Assembly (NCBI GenBank): GCA_044237185.1
Contig: JBIIFS010000001.1
Span: 1 to 50,961 of the forward strand
Length of the DNA stretch: 50,961 nt
From: Luteolibacter sp.
GTDB lineage: Bacteria; Verrucomicrobiota; Verrucomicrobiia; Verrucomicrobiales; Akkermansiaceae
Direction of reading: 5' to 3'
This document shows, in pieces, positions 9,798-19,094 of the stretch (the first letter of the stretch is position 1; the number at the start of each line of letters is the position of its first letter). The notes beneath the pieces were generated by a model. That model did not search any database. It was given only the letters and a program-made list of their open reading frames with translations, and was not told the origin of the DNA. The translations under genes and the position numbers were made by a program.

Positions 9798-10208
9798 TTA
9801 TGACTTTTTCGCCAGAATATCACGGATCTCGGTGAGCAGGACTTCTTCCTTGCTAGGTGCGGGTGCCGGCTCGTCAGTTTTTTTATGAAGCAGGGAAATG
9901 ACTTTTTTTACCACGATGAAAACCACAAAGGCCATCAGAAGAAATGAGATCAAATCTGTGATGAATTGTCCGTATTTCAAGGACACGGCGGGAATGACTT
10001 CGATTCCGTCTTTTTCCAGAACCCTATCTTCCATCACATATTCCAGTTTCCTAAAATCGACGTTCGCCAGGAGTAAGCCTAGCGGTGGCATGAAAACATT
10101 GTCCACGAGCGATTTTACAACCGTGGCAAATGCCCCGCCGATCATGATGCCAACCGCCATGTCGATGAGGTTGCCTTTGAATGCGAACTCCTTGAATTCC
10201 TTGAACAT
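9798..10208 (-). CDS. mscL: Large-conductance mechanosensitive channel
   Basis: MFKEFKEFAFKGNLIDMAVGIMIGGAF at the start and EVLLTEIRDIL at the end. Confidence 0.97.
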   Translation of the reverse strand: MFKEFKEFAFKGNLIDMAVGIMIGGAFATVVKSLVDNVFMPPLGLLLANVDFRKLEYVMEDRVLEKDGIEVIPAVSLKYGQFITDLISFLLMAFVVFIVVKKVISLLHKKTDEPAPAPSKEEVLLTEIRDILAKKS

Positions 10209-10287
10209 GATCGGAAATTAGCGGGGTTAGGTATGGAATGGGAAGAAAAATGCTCGCGGTCGCAAGGTTTGATCATTTGGTTTGATT

Positions 10288-10402
10288 CACCGCGGAGACA
10301 CAGAGGTCGCCGAGAGACGCAGAGTTTTAATTTGAGGGTGAAATGATCTACCGAGCCGGCAGCGTAAAATTGAAGTTTGGAGTTTTAAATTTTAAAGTTT
10401 CA
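10288..10402. repeat. Degenerate 9-mer array (cgcagag-type) followed by a heptamer array (ttttaaa-type)
   Basis: caccgcggagacacagaggtcgccgagagacgcagag at 10288-10324; tttggag ttttaaa ttttaaa gtttca at 10376-10402, ending in the SNF2 stop codon. Confidence 0.6.
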
Positions 10403-13348
10403 CTCGCGGATCAGTTTTTCAATTTCCTCCGCATTCCACGCAGGTGCATCGTCGGGTGACAGGGATTCGTTGAGCGACTCGGCCAGAGCTTTTTTGGTGA
10501 TTTGGAGACGGACGACTTTTTCTTCGACGGTGTTGCGGGTCAGGAGGCGGAATACGGTGACGGGCTTGGTCTGTCCAATCCGGTGGGCGCGGTCGGTCGC
10601 TTGGTCTTCGGCGGCGGGGTTCCACCATGGGTCGAAGTGGATGACGATGTCAGCGGCCGTAAGGTTCAGGCCATATCCGCCCGCCTTTAGAGAGATGAGG
10701 AAAACGGGTGGACCATCTGGCGATTGGAAATGATCGACCATGCTTTGGCGATTACGGGTTTGACCGTCGAGGCGGATGGATGGAATGCCGATTTCAGCAA
10801 GGGCGATTCCTATTTCGACGAGTTGTTTCTGAAACTGTGAGAAAACGAGAATGCGGCTGCCAGCGGCGATGGATGACTCGGCGATTTCAAGGAGTCGCTC
10901 CAATTTGGCGGATCGACGTGCGATGGGGAGGTTTTTGAGTTTTTCCGAATCGAACAAGGCAAGGTCGCAACAGCTCTGGCGAAGGCGCAGGAGGGTTGTG
11001 AGTTGTTGCATACGGGCGGCCGCGATCTGGCCTGAAGACCGGATTTCATCGATCAGTTGAAGACCTTGCTTCTGGATTTCGCGGTAGGTGGATTCTTGTT
11101 CGCGTGACAGACTACAGAATTCGTCGATGAGGATTTTGGATGGGAGATCGGGCGCGACCTCGGTTTTGGTGCGGCGGAGGGTGAAGGGAGAGGTTTTAAG
11201 CCGGAGCAGCGTCGCGGTCCGGGCATGGGTTTCCGGTGTTTTTAGTGGGATTTCGTAGCGTTCTTGGAAATCTTTACGGGAACCTAGCCATCCGGGTTGG
11301 ATGAAACGGAAGATTGACCACAGATCCCGGGCGGAGTTTTCGACAGGAGTTCCGGTCAGGGCGATCCGATACTTCGCGTTAATTTTGGCGACCGCTTTGA
11401 AGTGATCCGTATCTGGGTTACGAATGAGCGAGGCTTCATCGATCACGGCGATCGAGTAATTCTGGCGGAGGTGCCAGGCGAGGTCCCGGGCAAGGGTGGC
11501 ATACGTGGTCAGGATGACGTCAGAGGGCTCGATTTTATCCCTCAATGTGTCCCTCTGAGTTCCATGCAGCGTAATGATCCGCCGTTCTGGTGCGAAGCGT
11601 TTGAACTCGGCTTTCCAGTTTCCGAGCAGGGAGGTAGTGACGACAATCAGAACTGGGGAGGATTGTGAATAACTTGCAAAAAAATGTTCTATACAAGCGA
11701 TTGTTTGCAACGTTTTGCCTAATCCCATATCATCGGCAAGGAGGGCGCCACTGAACCTTGTGAGACGATCGACCAGCCACGAATATCCGGCGACTTGGTA
11801 GGATCTTGGAATAACGTTAAGTAAATGGTTATCAACAAGTTGTGGACATTTTTCATATTTATTAACAAAGGTTGATTGTTTGAGAATATTAGCTATTTCA
11901 AGGACGATTTCGGCACTGGCCCGCTTTGCTGTAAAACGACCGTTTTGTTGTTGGATATCGAGATCTTCGAACAGAGGATCGATGAGATTCTCGATATCAT
12001 TGTAGAGGATGATGCGCTGATTTGACGGGGAATTTTTGGACCTGAGGAGTCGCCGAATTTCGCTTGAGGGGATGATTTCACCCGATTCCGTTTGGAAGCT
12101 GAGGTTGAAAACGAGTGACTGGTCATCGGAGGAAAGAATCTCGATTCGGGGAGAAATGACCACGTAGGAAGAAGCTAGTTTTTGGATGGCTGGCGTGAGT
12201 TCAACCTGCCAGTTGGGTGGAAATTTGCCGATTTTTTGGGTTAGCAGGTCCCTGATTTGATCGGAATCCGTGAGTTCGTATGAGGTATCGGAAAGTGGGG
12301 TGAAATACTGGCAAATCTGGCGGCGAGCCTGGTGTACGGCTTGGGGATTGGCTGATGTCAGGTGGGTTCCATCGAGGCATGGAAGAACTTGTGAATAACT
12401 TGTGTGAAAGGTAGCCTGAAGCTTGGAAGGACCTCCGGAAATTGAGAGTTTGAACGCTGGTTCGGCCGAAATGAACTGCAGTGACTCGAACCAAGCGGAG
12501 GCGCTGAAATCGATGAAAACCTGAAGTGGATCGAGTTCTTTGAGAAAACTCGCCAAATCGAGGTTTGCTGGCTTTCCGGAAGCGAGGGCATCAAGCACGG
12601 GCATGAGGGAAACAGGGATTTCCTTATTTCCGACTTGTGCGACGCTCATGTCAGATACACTCCAGAAGGAGTCGCCGATTTTGAAAACTTTGTCTGCTCT
12701 AGGGGTGATCCGAACGGTTTTTTCCGAAAGCGTGCAGTCGGCAATGCGAATCTGGGTGCGTGTCTCAATGCTCAACGAGCCCTCTGAGGTGCTGATTTCC
12801 GGATGATTCCGAGCGTGATTGAGGAATTCGGAGAGTTGTTTGCCGTTGAGCACCAGCTGGAGGCTGTTGCTGGAGGTTTGTTTTTGGGCGATCAACCAAG
12901 TGGTGAGTCGTTGGTCCGCGGGTGTGGGTGCGTGATCGGAGCTACTGAGTCCGATCGCTGCGTGGCCTTTTTCCAGAGATTTCTGCCAAGGGCCTTGGAA
13001 GCGGACTTTCCATGAGAGTTCAGGGATGGGGTTTTCCGCAGGTTTGTCGGGTTTTACTGCGGAGGGCTTCGGAGGAACTATAAGATGTAACCCTATAGCG
13101 ATCGCGTGCGGGCAGAACGCACCTTCGCGTTGGTTTTTGGGGCAGGGGCATTTAGCGTCAAGCCAAGTGGGAGTGCGGGCGACTACGGTGATTCGGTAGG
13201 TTCGTGTTCCAATTTTTACAGAACCCTGAAAACCATCTGGAGTTGATTCGGAAGAAATGACCGCGCCTGTGTTGAGCAGGTCCTGTGCCTCTTTGAAATC
13301 CTGCCATGAGGCGGCTTTGCGGAGAGTGGCTTCATCGAGGGACGGCAT
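10400..13348 (-). CDS. SWIM zinc-finger + SNF2 family helicase/ATPase
   Basis: CPC...CPH SWIM finger; LADDMGLGKT, DEA, LTGTPVENS, LRRTK, LVFSQF, SLKAGGYGLNLTAAD and QATDRAHRIGQ. Confidence 0.95.
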   Translation of the reverse strand: MPSLDEATLRKAASWQDFKEAQDLLNTGAVISSESTPDGFQGSVKIGTRTYRITVVARTPTWLDAKCPCPKNQREGAFCPHAIAIGLHLIVPPKPSAVKPDKPAENPIPELSWKVRFQGPWQKSLEKGHAAIGLSSSDHAPTPADQRLTTWLIAQKQTSSNSLQLVLNGKQLSEFLNHARNHPEISTSEGSLSIETRTQIRIADCTLSEKTVRITPRADKVFKIGDSFWSVSDMSVAQVGNKEIPVSLMPVLDALASGKPANLDLASFLKELDPLQVFIDFSASAWFESLQFISAEPAFKLSISGGPSKLQATFHTSYSQVLPCLDGTHLTSANPQAVHQARRQICQYFTPLSDTSYELTDSDQIRDLLTQKIGKFPPNWQVELTPAIQKLASSYVVISPRIEILSSDDQSLVFNLSFQTESGEIIPSSEIRRLLRSKNSPSNQRIILYNDIENLIDPLFEDLDIQQQNGRFTAKRASAEIVLEIANILKQSTFVNKYEKCPQLVDNHLLNVIPRSYQVAGYSWLVDRLTRFSGALLADDMGLGKTLQTIACIEHFFASYSQSSPVLIVVTTSLLGNWKAEFKRFAPERRIITLHGTQRDTLRDKIEPSDVILTTYATLARDLAWHLRQNYSIAVIDEASLIRNPDTDHFKAVAKINAKYRIALTGTPVENSARDLWSIFRFIQPGWLGSRKDFQERYEIPLKTPETHARTATLLRLKTSPFTLRRTKTEVAPDLPSKILIDEFCSLSREQESTYREIQKQGLQLIDEIRSSGQIAAARMQQLTTLLRLRQSCCDLALFDSEKLKNLPIARRSAKLERLLEIAESSIAAGSRILVFSQFQKQLVEIGIALAEIGIPSIRLDGQTRNRQSMVDHFQSPDGPPVFLISLKAGGYGLNLTAADIVIHFDPWWNPAAEDQATDRAHRIGQTKPVTVFRLLTRNTVEEKVVRLQITKKALAESLNESLSPDDAPAWNAEEIEKLIRE

Positions 13349-13393
13349 CGACAGGAAGGATGGTGGATTTACGCACTGCTAAAAACACTAAAT

Positions 13394-14848
13394 TCACAGA
13401 ATTGGAAATCCTGCGATCCCATAAAGCTTCTGCCTCTTCTCGTCAGAAAATTTCTGCCAGTTTCTAGCCATCATGGCGGAACGAGGATTTTTCAGGAAAA
13501 GCTCTTGGTGATCGCCGACGAAGGTCCAGAACAGGGCGTCCCAGATTTCGGTCCACGGGCCTTTGGTTTCATCGGACATTTTTAGGACGTAGTTCGATCC
13601 AGAAATGTAGGGTTTGGTGGTGAACGTTCCACCATCGGCGAACTGAGACATGCCGTAGACATTAGGAACCATGACCCAATCATAGGCATCGATGAAGAAT
13701 TCCATGAACCATTGGTAGACCGCATGAGGATCGAAGCGGCAAAGCAGCATGAAATTTCCCAGCACCATGAGTCGCTCAATGTGATGGCAATAGGCCTCAT
13801 CTTGAAGCTGGCGGATGATGCGATCAATGGGAGGGATGCCGGTGGTTGCGTCGTAAAACGATTTCGGGATGGGTCGGGTGTGTTGGAAAAAATTGAGATT
13901 GCGGATTTCGGTGCCGCGGTGGCGGTAAACGCCATGCATGAACTCTCGCCAACCGATGATTTGGCGGATGAATCCTTCGAGAGAATTGAGTGGAACATGA
14001 TCCTGTTGAGCGAGTGCGGCATCGACGATTTCCTGAGGCGTTAGCAATCCGATGTTCAGCATCGGAGTCAGGACGGAGTGATGGATGAAAGCATGCTCGG
14101 TGGAGATTGCGTCTTCGTAGATTCCAAACTCTTGAAAACGTTCACAGATGAATGTTTTCAACCATGCCTTTGCATCGGCGCGAGTGACGGGGTAGCGGAA
14201 GGTTTTGCAGTTTCCCGGGTGACTGGGAAATAGGCTTTCAATGTGCGCGATCGATGCGATGACATAGGCGTTTTTTGGGGTTTTGGGCGCGAAGGGTGGA
14301 GCGTATTGCTTGGGGAGCTTTTTGCGATTGTCTTCATCAAAGGACCATTGCCCGCCGGCCGGGTTTCCATCAGCATCGATCAGTATCCCCATGCGTTTGC
14401 GCTGCGCCTGGTAAAAGGTCGCCATGAAAGGCTTTTTGCGGCGGGCGATATGCTCTTCCAGAAATTCAGGAGGTGAGAGAAAGGCGGGTGATGGGTAAAC
14501 GGTTAAGGAAAGCCCGCGATGACTGGCAAAGTCTCTGACACGCTTTTCGAGAATGAAATCGTGGGGGTAGGCGAGGTGGAGTTCAGTTATCTTTTTTGGC
14601 AGGGCTTTTCGGTAATCCCGAGTATGAGGGAGAATGGTTACTTCGTATCCCTTAGCCCGAAGCTCATCCGCGTAAGCCAGCATGGATGCGTGGTGCAGAA
14701 CGAGTTTTTGTTTGTGAAAAGCTATCGGATAAATCGGGTCATTTCCAAAATACAAAGGGTCTTCAGCGAGATAGACAGGCCGGTCCTTTGCTAGAGCAGG
14801 ATGGGCTTCAAACAGTTGGTGGGGAAAAATGAGCGTTGCGGATGACAT
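13394..14848 (-). CDS. Cryptochrome/photolyase-related protein (COG3046, bacterial 6-4 photolyase clade)
   Basis: LIFPHQLF, FHKQKL, GGQWSFDEDNRK, EGFIRQIIGWREF, HHIERLM, DAYDWVMVPNVYGM and TKPYISGSNY. Confidence 0.92.
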   Translation of the reverse strand: MSSATLIFPHQLFEAHPALAKDRPVYLAEDPLYFGNDPIYPIAFHKQKLVLHHASMLAYADELRAKGYEVTILPHTRDYRKALPKKITELHLAYPHDFILEKRVRDFASHRGLSLTVYPSPAFLSPPEFLEEHIARRKKPFMATFYQAQRKRMGILIDADGNPAGGQWSFDEDNRKKLPKQYAPPFAPKTPKNAYVIASIAHIESLFPSHPGNCKTFRYPVTRADAKAWLKTFICERFQEFGIYEDAISTEHAFIHHSVLTPMLNIGLLTPQEIVDAALAQQDHVPLNSLEGFIRQIIGWREFMHGVYRHRGTEIRNLNFFQHTRPIPKSFYDATTGIPPIDRIIRQLQDEAYCHHIERLMVLGNFMLLCRFDPHAVYQWFMEFFIDAYDWVMVPNVYGMSQFADGGTFTTKPYISGSNYVLKMSDETKGPWTEIWDALFWTFVGDHQELFLKNPRSAMMARNWQKFSDEKRQKLYGIAGFPIL

Positions 14849-14860
14849 CAGGCAGTCAGG

Positions 14861-15484
14861 TTACAGGGTCTTCTTAGCTTTTGCGTAGGGTAGGCGTGTT
14901 GGCTGGCTGAGTTCGAAATAGGTATCGAGAGCTGTGGAGGCCAGTGAACCGAGTGCGGCGAGATCCACCGCGCCATCCGCTGCGAGATGTTCTTCAGGGA
15001 TTTGCGCCAAGCGGACTTTTCCGATGATGAGGATCGTGTCGTTCGCGGTGATCGGAACTGTTTCAACCAGATCGAGAGCGAAGCGGAATCGAGATTCAGC
15101 CACAAAGGGAGCGGCGATCCCGGGTTCGAAATGAGGGGTCAAGCCGGTGGCGGTGAATTCGGAAATCTCGCGCGGGTATCGGGCTGAACAATGATGGGCC
15201 TGGTCGAGAATCCCGGAGTGGACGTGATTGATCGTATAGGAACGAGTTTGGATGATATTGGCTAACGTGTGCCGATCCACCAGATCCGGGCGTGAAATCA
15301 AGCCGATCAGGAGGGGATTTGAGCCAAGATGCGTGACCGAGGAAAACGGGGCGAGGTTGGTTTGTCCGGCTTCATTGACCGATCCGATCAGGGAAATGGG
15401 TTTTGGGCCAGGAAGCGAGTTGGCAAATTGCACACGCACCAGCTTTTCCATCGCCTCGATATCCGTTAGATGGATGTTTTTCAT
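14861..15484 (-). CDS. Flavin reductase-like FMN-binding protein
   Basis: NLAPFSSVTHLGSNP, RHTLANI, SARYPREISEF and APFVAES. Probable start is ATG 15484. Confidence 0.85.
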   Translation of the reverse strand: MKNIHLTDIEAMEKLVRVQFANSLPGPKPISLIGSVNEAGQTNLAPFSSVTHLGSNPLLIGLISRPDLVDRHTLANIIQTRSYTINHVHSGILDQAHHCSARYPREISEFTATGLTPHFEPGIAAPFVAESRFRFALDLVETVPITANDTILIIGKVRLAQIPEEHLAADGAVDLAALGSLASTALDTYFELSQPTRLPYAKAKKTL

Positions 15485-15603
15485 CTGGCTTACTTCTAGG
15501 CTAGGTTTTCTTGCAGGGAAGGTGAAAGATTCGAAAATCATGCCTAGTATAAGAATTTTCGATCAGATATGACTCCAATTCTAAACCCAAAATAATAACA
15601 ACG

Positions 15604-17004
15604 ATGATCTCAAATCCCATTTCAAAATATCTAGCCATCACTTGTATTTCCGTCTCGCTAGGAGCGAGTTTTGTTCAAGCCGATGTGGTGCCTAATCCTC
15701 TTTTCACCGATGGCGCAGTGCTTCAGCGTGGGCAAAAAGTGCCGGTATGGGGAACTGCTGATGATGGGGAAAAGGTTACGGTTGAGATCGGAAAACAAAA
15801 GCTCACCACCACGGCAGCGGGTGGAAAATGGCGTGTGGATCTTGCACCGCTTGAAGTCGGTGATCCGCTCACCATGAAAATCTCCGGAAAGAACACGATC
15901 GAAATCAAAGAGATTTTGGTCGGTGAAGTCTGGGTGAACTCCGGGCAATCAAATATGGAATGGCTCTTGAAAGGAATTGATCCCCAGAAAGAACACGCGT
16001 CAAAAGCAAACTATCCAAAAATCCGGATGTTCACGGTAAAAAAAACCACCTCGATTCAGCCTCTTACCACGCATACAGGATCATGGATCACGGCATCACC
16101 TGAAACAGTCGGAGAATTTTCTGCGGTCGGATATTTCTTCGCTCAAGAACTTCACGAGAAACTCGGTGTGCCTGTGGGCATGGTCAGCACCTCATGGGGC
16201 GGCACTCCTGCACAGGCTTGGACCAGCATCGAAGGTCTTGGAAGTGAAACTGAACTCAAAGGATATGTGGATATTGCCGAAAAGACGATCGCTGCTCCTC
16301 CTGAGAAACCAGTCGGATCAGGTTATCCAACTTCTCTCTACAACGGTATGATTGCACCCATTGTGCCTTACGCAATGAAAGGGGTGATCTGGTATCAAGG
16401 CGAATCCAACGCAAATAATTCCAAAGAATACCGCACCTTGTTTCCAGCGATGATTGCCGATTGGAGAAATAAGTGGAAACAGGGAAATTTTCCATTCATC
16501 TACGTTCAGATTGCTCCGTTCAAGGGTCAGCCACCGGAAATCCGTGAGGCACAGCTCCTTACGCTTTCCAAATCCGAAAACACCGCAATGGCCGTGACTA
16601 CCGATGTGGGTGATGCAAATGACATCCATCCAAAAAACAAGCAACCCGTCGGCCAACGTCTTGCATCCGCAGCACGTGCCATTGCTTACGGAGAAAAAAT
16701 CGTCTATTCGGGACCTATTTATAATTCAATGAAGGTGAGTGGCGATACAATCGAACTCAGCTTCAAGCACCTCGGAGGCGGACTCGTCGCAAAAGATGGC
16801 GACCTCAAAGGCTTCACGATTGCTGGCGAGGACGGAAAACATGTTCCTGCAAAAGCTGAAATCAAAGGCAGTAAAATCATCGTTTCAGCCGCTGAAGTCA
16901 AATCACCAAAAGCAGCTCGCTACGGTTGGATCAATGTTCCTGATGTAAATCTGTTCAATAAGGAAGGTTTTCCTGCATCACCGTTCAGGACGGATGTGGA
17001 TTAA
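15604..17004 (+). CDS. Secreted sialate O-acetylesterase (SASA/SGNH) family protein
   Basis: Signal peptide; GEVWVNSGQSNM, SWGGT, GVIWYQGESN, DIHPKNK and PASPFRTD. Confidence 0.92.
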   Translation: MISNPISKYLAITCISVSLGASFVQADVVPNPLFTDGAVLQRGQKVPVWGTADDGEKVTVEIGKQKLTTTAAGGKWRVDLAPLEVGDPLTMKISGKNTIEIKEILVGEVWVNSGQSNMEWLLKGIDPQKEHASKANYPKIRMFTVKKTTSIQPLTTHTGSWITASPETVGEFSAVGYFFAQELHEKLGVPVGMVSTSWGGTPAQAWTSIEGLGSETELKGYVDIAEKTIAAPPEKPVGSGYPTSLYNGMIAPIVPYAMKGVIWYQGESNANNSKEYRTLFPAMIADWRNKWKQGNFPFIYVQIAPFKGQPPEIREAQLLTLSKSENTAMAVTTDVGDANDIHPKNKQPVGQRLASAARAIAYGEKIVYSGPIYNSMKVSGDTIELSFKHLGGGLVAKDGDLKGFTIAGEDGKHVPAKAEIKGSKIIVSAAEVKSPKAARYGWINVPDVNLFNKEGFPASPFRTDVD

Positions 17005-17042
17005 TTGATTCAGCACGCCTTCGGCTAGCTTCATCCTGAGTC

Positions 17043-17068
17043 ACCGAGTGAATGAACTTTCATTCGGT
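17043..17068. terminator. Hairpin between convergent genes
   Basis: accgagtgaa-tgaact-ttcattcggt forms a 10-bp stem with one G-U pair. Confidence 0.45.
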
Positions 17069-17104
17069 TAAAACCTCTGGTGAGAGAAGAAAATAAATTC
17101 TGAT

Positions 17105-17143
17105 TTCAACCACTTTGCGTTGTTTGCGCGCTTTGTGGTTGAA
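17105..17143. repeat. 9-mer array (tttgcgttg tttgcgcgc tttgtggtt) enclosed by a 9-bp inverted repeat
   Basis: ttcaaccac (17105-17113) pairs with gtggttgaa (17135-17143). Confidence 0.65.
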
Positions 17144-17175
17144 TTTCTTAAACCGCACCCAAGCAAGAACCGAAC

Positions 17176-17550
17176 TCAGCGATCCCTAAGGATCTCGTTG
17201 TGATCTCCCATCAGGAGATTATTTGGTTTGATAGGCGTATCGGAATATCCGAAAGCCATGATCGCAACGCGTTCGCCTTTTTTGATGAGGTGGGCGGCGC
17301 CGCCGTTGATCAGGATTTTCCCGGTATTGGGCGGGCCTTCGAGGACATAGGTTTCAAGGCGGGCTCCGGTGGTGATCGAGGCAACGAGAACTTTTTCGCC
17401 CGGCCAGAGATCGGCGGCGTCCATGAGATCGCGAGGAATCTCAATGCTGCCCTCATAATCCACATCGGCCTCTGTGATGACGGCGCGGTGGAGTTTTGAT
17501 TTCAGAACCTCGCGGACCCAAAGTTTGGATGTTGGTGACTGGCCAGACAT
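17176..17550 (-). CDS. panD: Aspartate 1-decarboxylase
   Basis: LKSKLHRA, YEG/SI self-cleavage site, RLETY and INGGAAHL. True start is ATG 17550; the longer ORF overlaps rsmE. Confidence 0.93.
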   Translation of the reverse strand: MSGQSPTSKLWVREVLKSKLHRAVITEADVDYEGSIEIPRDLMDAADLWPGEKVLVASITTGARLETYVLEGPPNTGKILINGGAAHLIKKGERVAIMAFGYSDTPIKPNNLLMGDHNEILRDR

Positions 17551-17659
17551 TATCGAGGGGAACGAACACCGTGGAAGGTATACGGTCAAGGGGAAAGAGG
17601 GTTTGAAAGAGGCTTTATCAAATGAAGAATGCGCGTCTGGAGACGCGCGGTCCAAGGGT

Positions 17660-18373
17660 TTATAGATATTGAAAACGCACGGCGGAGAGGCAGAACAGGG
17701 TGGCGGTTTCGACGCGTAGAACGAGATCGCCGAGGGTGACAGGAATAAAGCCGGCTTCGAGTGATGCATCGATCTCCTTAGAGGTAAAATCACCTTCCGG
17801 CCCAATTAGGATGGTTACCGATTCGATTTCGGGATGTGCGGCAAGGGTTTCACGGAAATTTCGCGGATTCTCGGCGAGTGAGGCGATGATTTTCAATTCC
17901 GTGGGCTCATTGAATGTGATCCATGTGTCGAAGCTGACGGGATCGGCGATGACGGGAATCGTGAACTGGGCGCATTGCTTGCAAGCCTCGAGGGCGGTGC
18001 GGCGCCATTTTCCTGCTTTATCATCTCCGGGAGAGACGATCGTGTTACGAGTGACCAGAGGCTGGATTTTTGAAACGCCGAGCTCTACGGCTTTTTGGAC
18101 GATCCAATCCATGTTTTTCCCTTTTGGAATAGCTTGAGCAAGAGTGATTTCCGGAAGCGAAATCGGCTTAGACTCAGCGAGTTCCAACATGAGATCGACT
18201 CTTTGTTTGGACACAGAGAGCACGCGAGCTTCTGCGAAATTCCCCAGACCATCGAAAACCGTGATCGTTTCTCCAGATTGGATTCGTAGCACTTGAACGA
18301 GGTGCTTGGCTTCATCGCCATCGAGAAATGGCGATTCGGTCCAGTTGTTAGGAGCAAGGTAGAAGCGTGACAC
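17660..18373 (-). CDS. rsmE: 16S rRNA m3U1498 methyltransferase
   Basis: HLVQVLR, QKAVELGV, EACKQC, IGPEGDF and LGDLVLRVETA. Confidence 0.95.
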   Translation of the reverse strand: MSRFYLAPNNWTESPFLDGDEAKHLVQVLRIQSGETITVFDGLGNFAEARVLSVSKQRVDLMLELAESKPISLPEITLAQAIPKGKNMDWIVQKAVELGVSKIQPLVTRNTIVSPGDDKAGKWRRTALEACKQCAQFTIPVIADPVSFDTWITFNEPTELKIIASLAENPRNFRETLAAHPEIESVTILIGPEGDFTSKEIDASLEAGFIPVTLGDLVLRVETATLFCLSAVRFQYL

Positions 18374-18401
18374 AAACTTTAAAATTTAAACATTGAACCT
18401 C
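18374..18401. repeat. Heptamer array abutting the rsmE start codon
   Basis: aaacttt aaaattt aaacatt gaacctc. Confidence 0.6.
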
Positions 18402-18479
18402 AAGCAAGACGTATGCGCTGCGGCGGAATTTAAGACGGCGACCCCGACTGATCGAGGTAGGCGGTAGATCGGCGTTACA

Positions 18480-19043
18480 TTAGAATTTGAGAAATGTTTC
18501 CAGGATTTGTTTGCCGTTCTCGGTGAGTATGGATTCTGGGTGGAACTGAACGCCGTGGACGGGATGCTCTTTGTGGCGCAGTCCCATGATTTCGTTTTCA
18601 GCCGTCCATGCGGTGATTTCAAGACAATCAGGCAAGGTCTCGCGCTTGACGATGAGCGAATGGTAGCGGGTGGCCTCAAAGGGATTTGGTAAACCGGCGA
18701 ACACACTGCTGCTGTTGTGGTGGATGGGAGAGGTTTTACCATGCATCAGACGATCCGCACGAACGACATCACCGCCATAGACTTGTCCGATGGATTGGTG
18801 ACCTAGGCATACACCGAGGATGGGAGTGGTTGGACCGAGCTCACGGATGAGCTCCAGAGAGATGCCTGCTTCATTCGGCGTGCACGGACCTGGAGAGATA
18901 CAGATTTTTTCTGGTGCGAGCTTTTTCACATCAGCAACCGTGAGCGCATCGTTGCGGAAAATTTTCATTTCAACCCCGAGTTCGCCAAAATATTGGACGA
19001 GGTTGTAGGTGAAGGAATCGTAGTTATCGAGGATGAGAAGCAT
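18480..19043 (-). CDS. trpG: Anthranilate/aminodeoxychorismate synthase component II
   Basis: [28 protein letters not shown] and GVQFHPES; adjacent to trpE. Confidence 0.93.
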   Translation of the reverse strand: MLLILDNYDSFTYNLVQYFGELGVEMKIFRNDALTVADVKKLAPEKICISPGPCTPNEAGISLELIRELGPTTPILGVCLGHQSIGQVYGGDVVRADRLMHGKTSPIHHNSSSVFAGLPNPFEATRYHSLIVKRETLPDCLEITAWTAENEIMGLRHKEHPVHGVQFHPESILTENGKQILETFLKF

Positions 19044-19050
19044 GTGTTGG

Positions 19051-19078
19051 AAATTTTAAACTTTAAATTTTAAACCTC
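19051..19078. repeat. Heptamer array between trpE and trpG
   Basis: aaatttt aaacttt aaatttt aaacctc. Confidence 0.65.
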
Positions 19079-19094
19079 AATGAAGAGGAGTCGA

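Noticed and set aside
11663-12402. Replication origin
   Set aside because: The + strand looks G-rich on both sides and there are no dnaA/dnaN-type neighbours; kept only as a DnaA-box cluster.
17551-17805. Long N-terminal extension of panD
   Set aside because: It overlaps rsmE and has no PanD similarity.
18402-18479. GC-rich segment between trpG and rsmE as an ncRNA
   Set aside because: Only weak, short pairings; at most a decayed REP.
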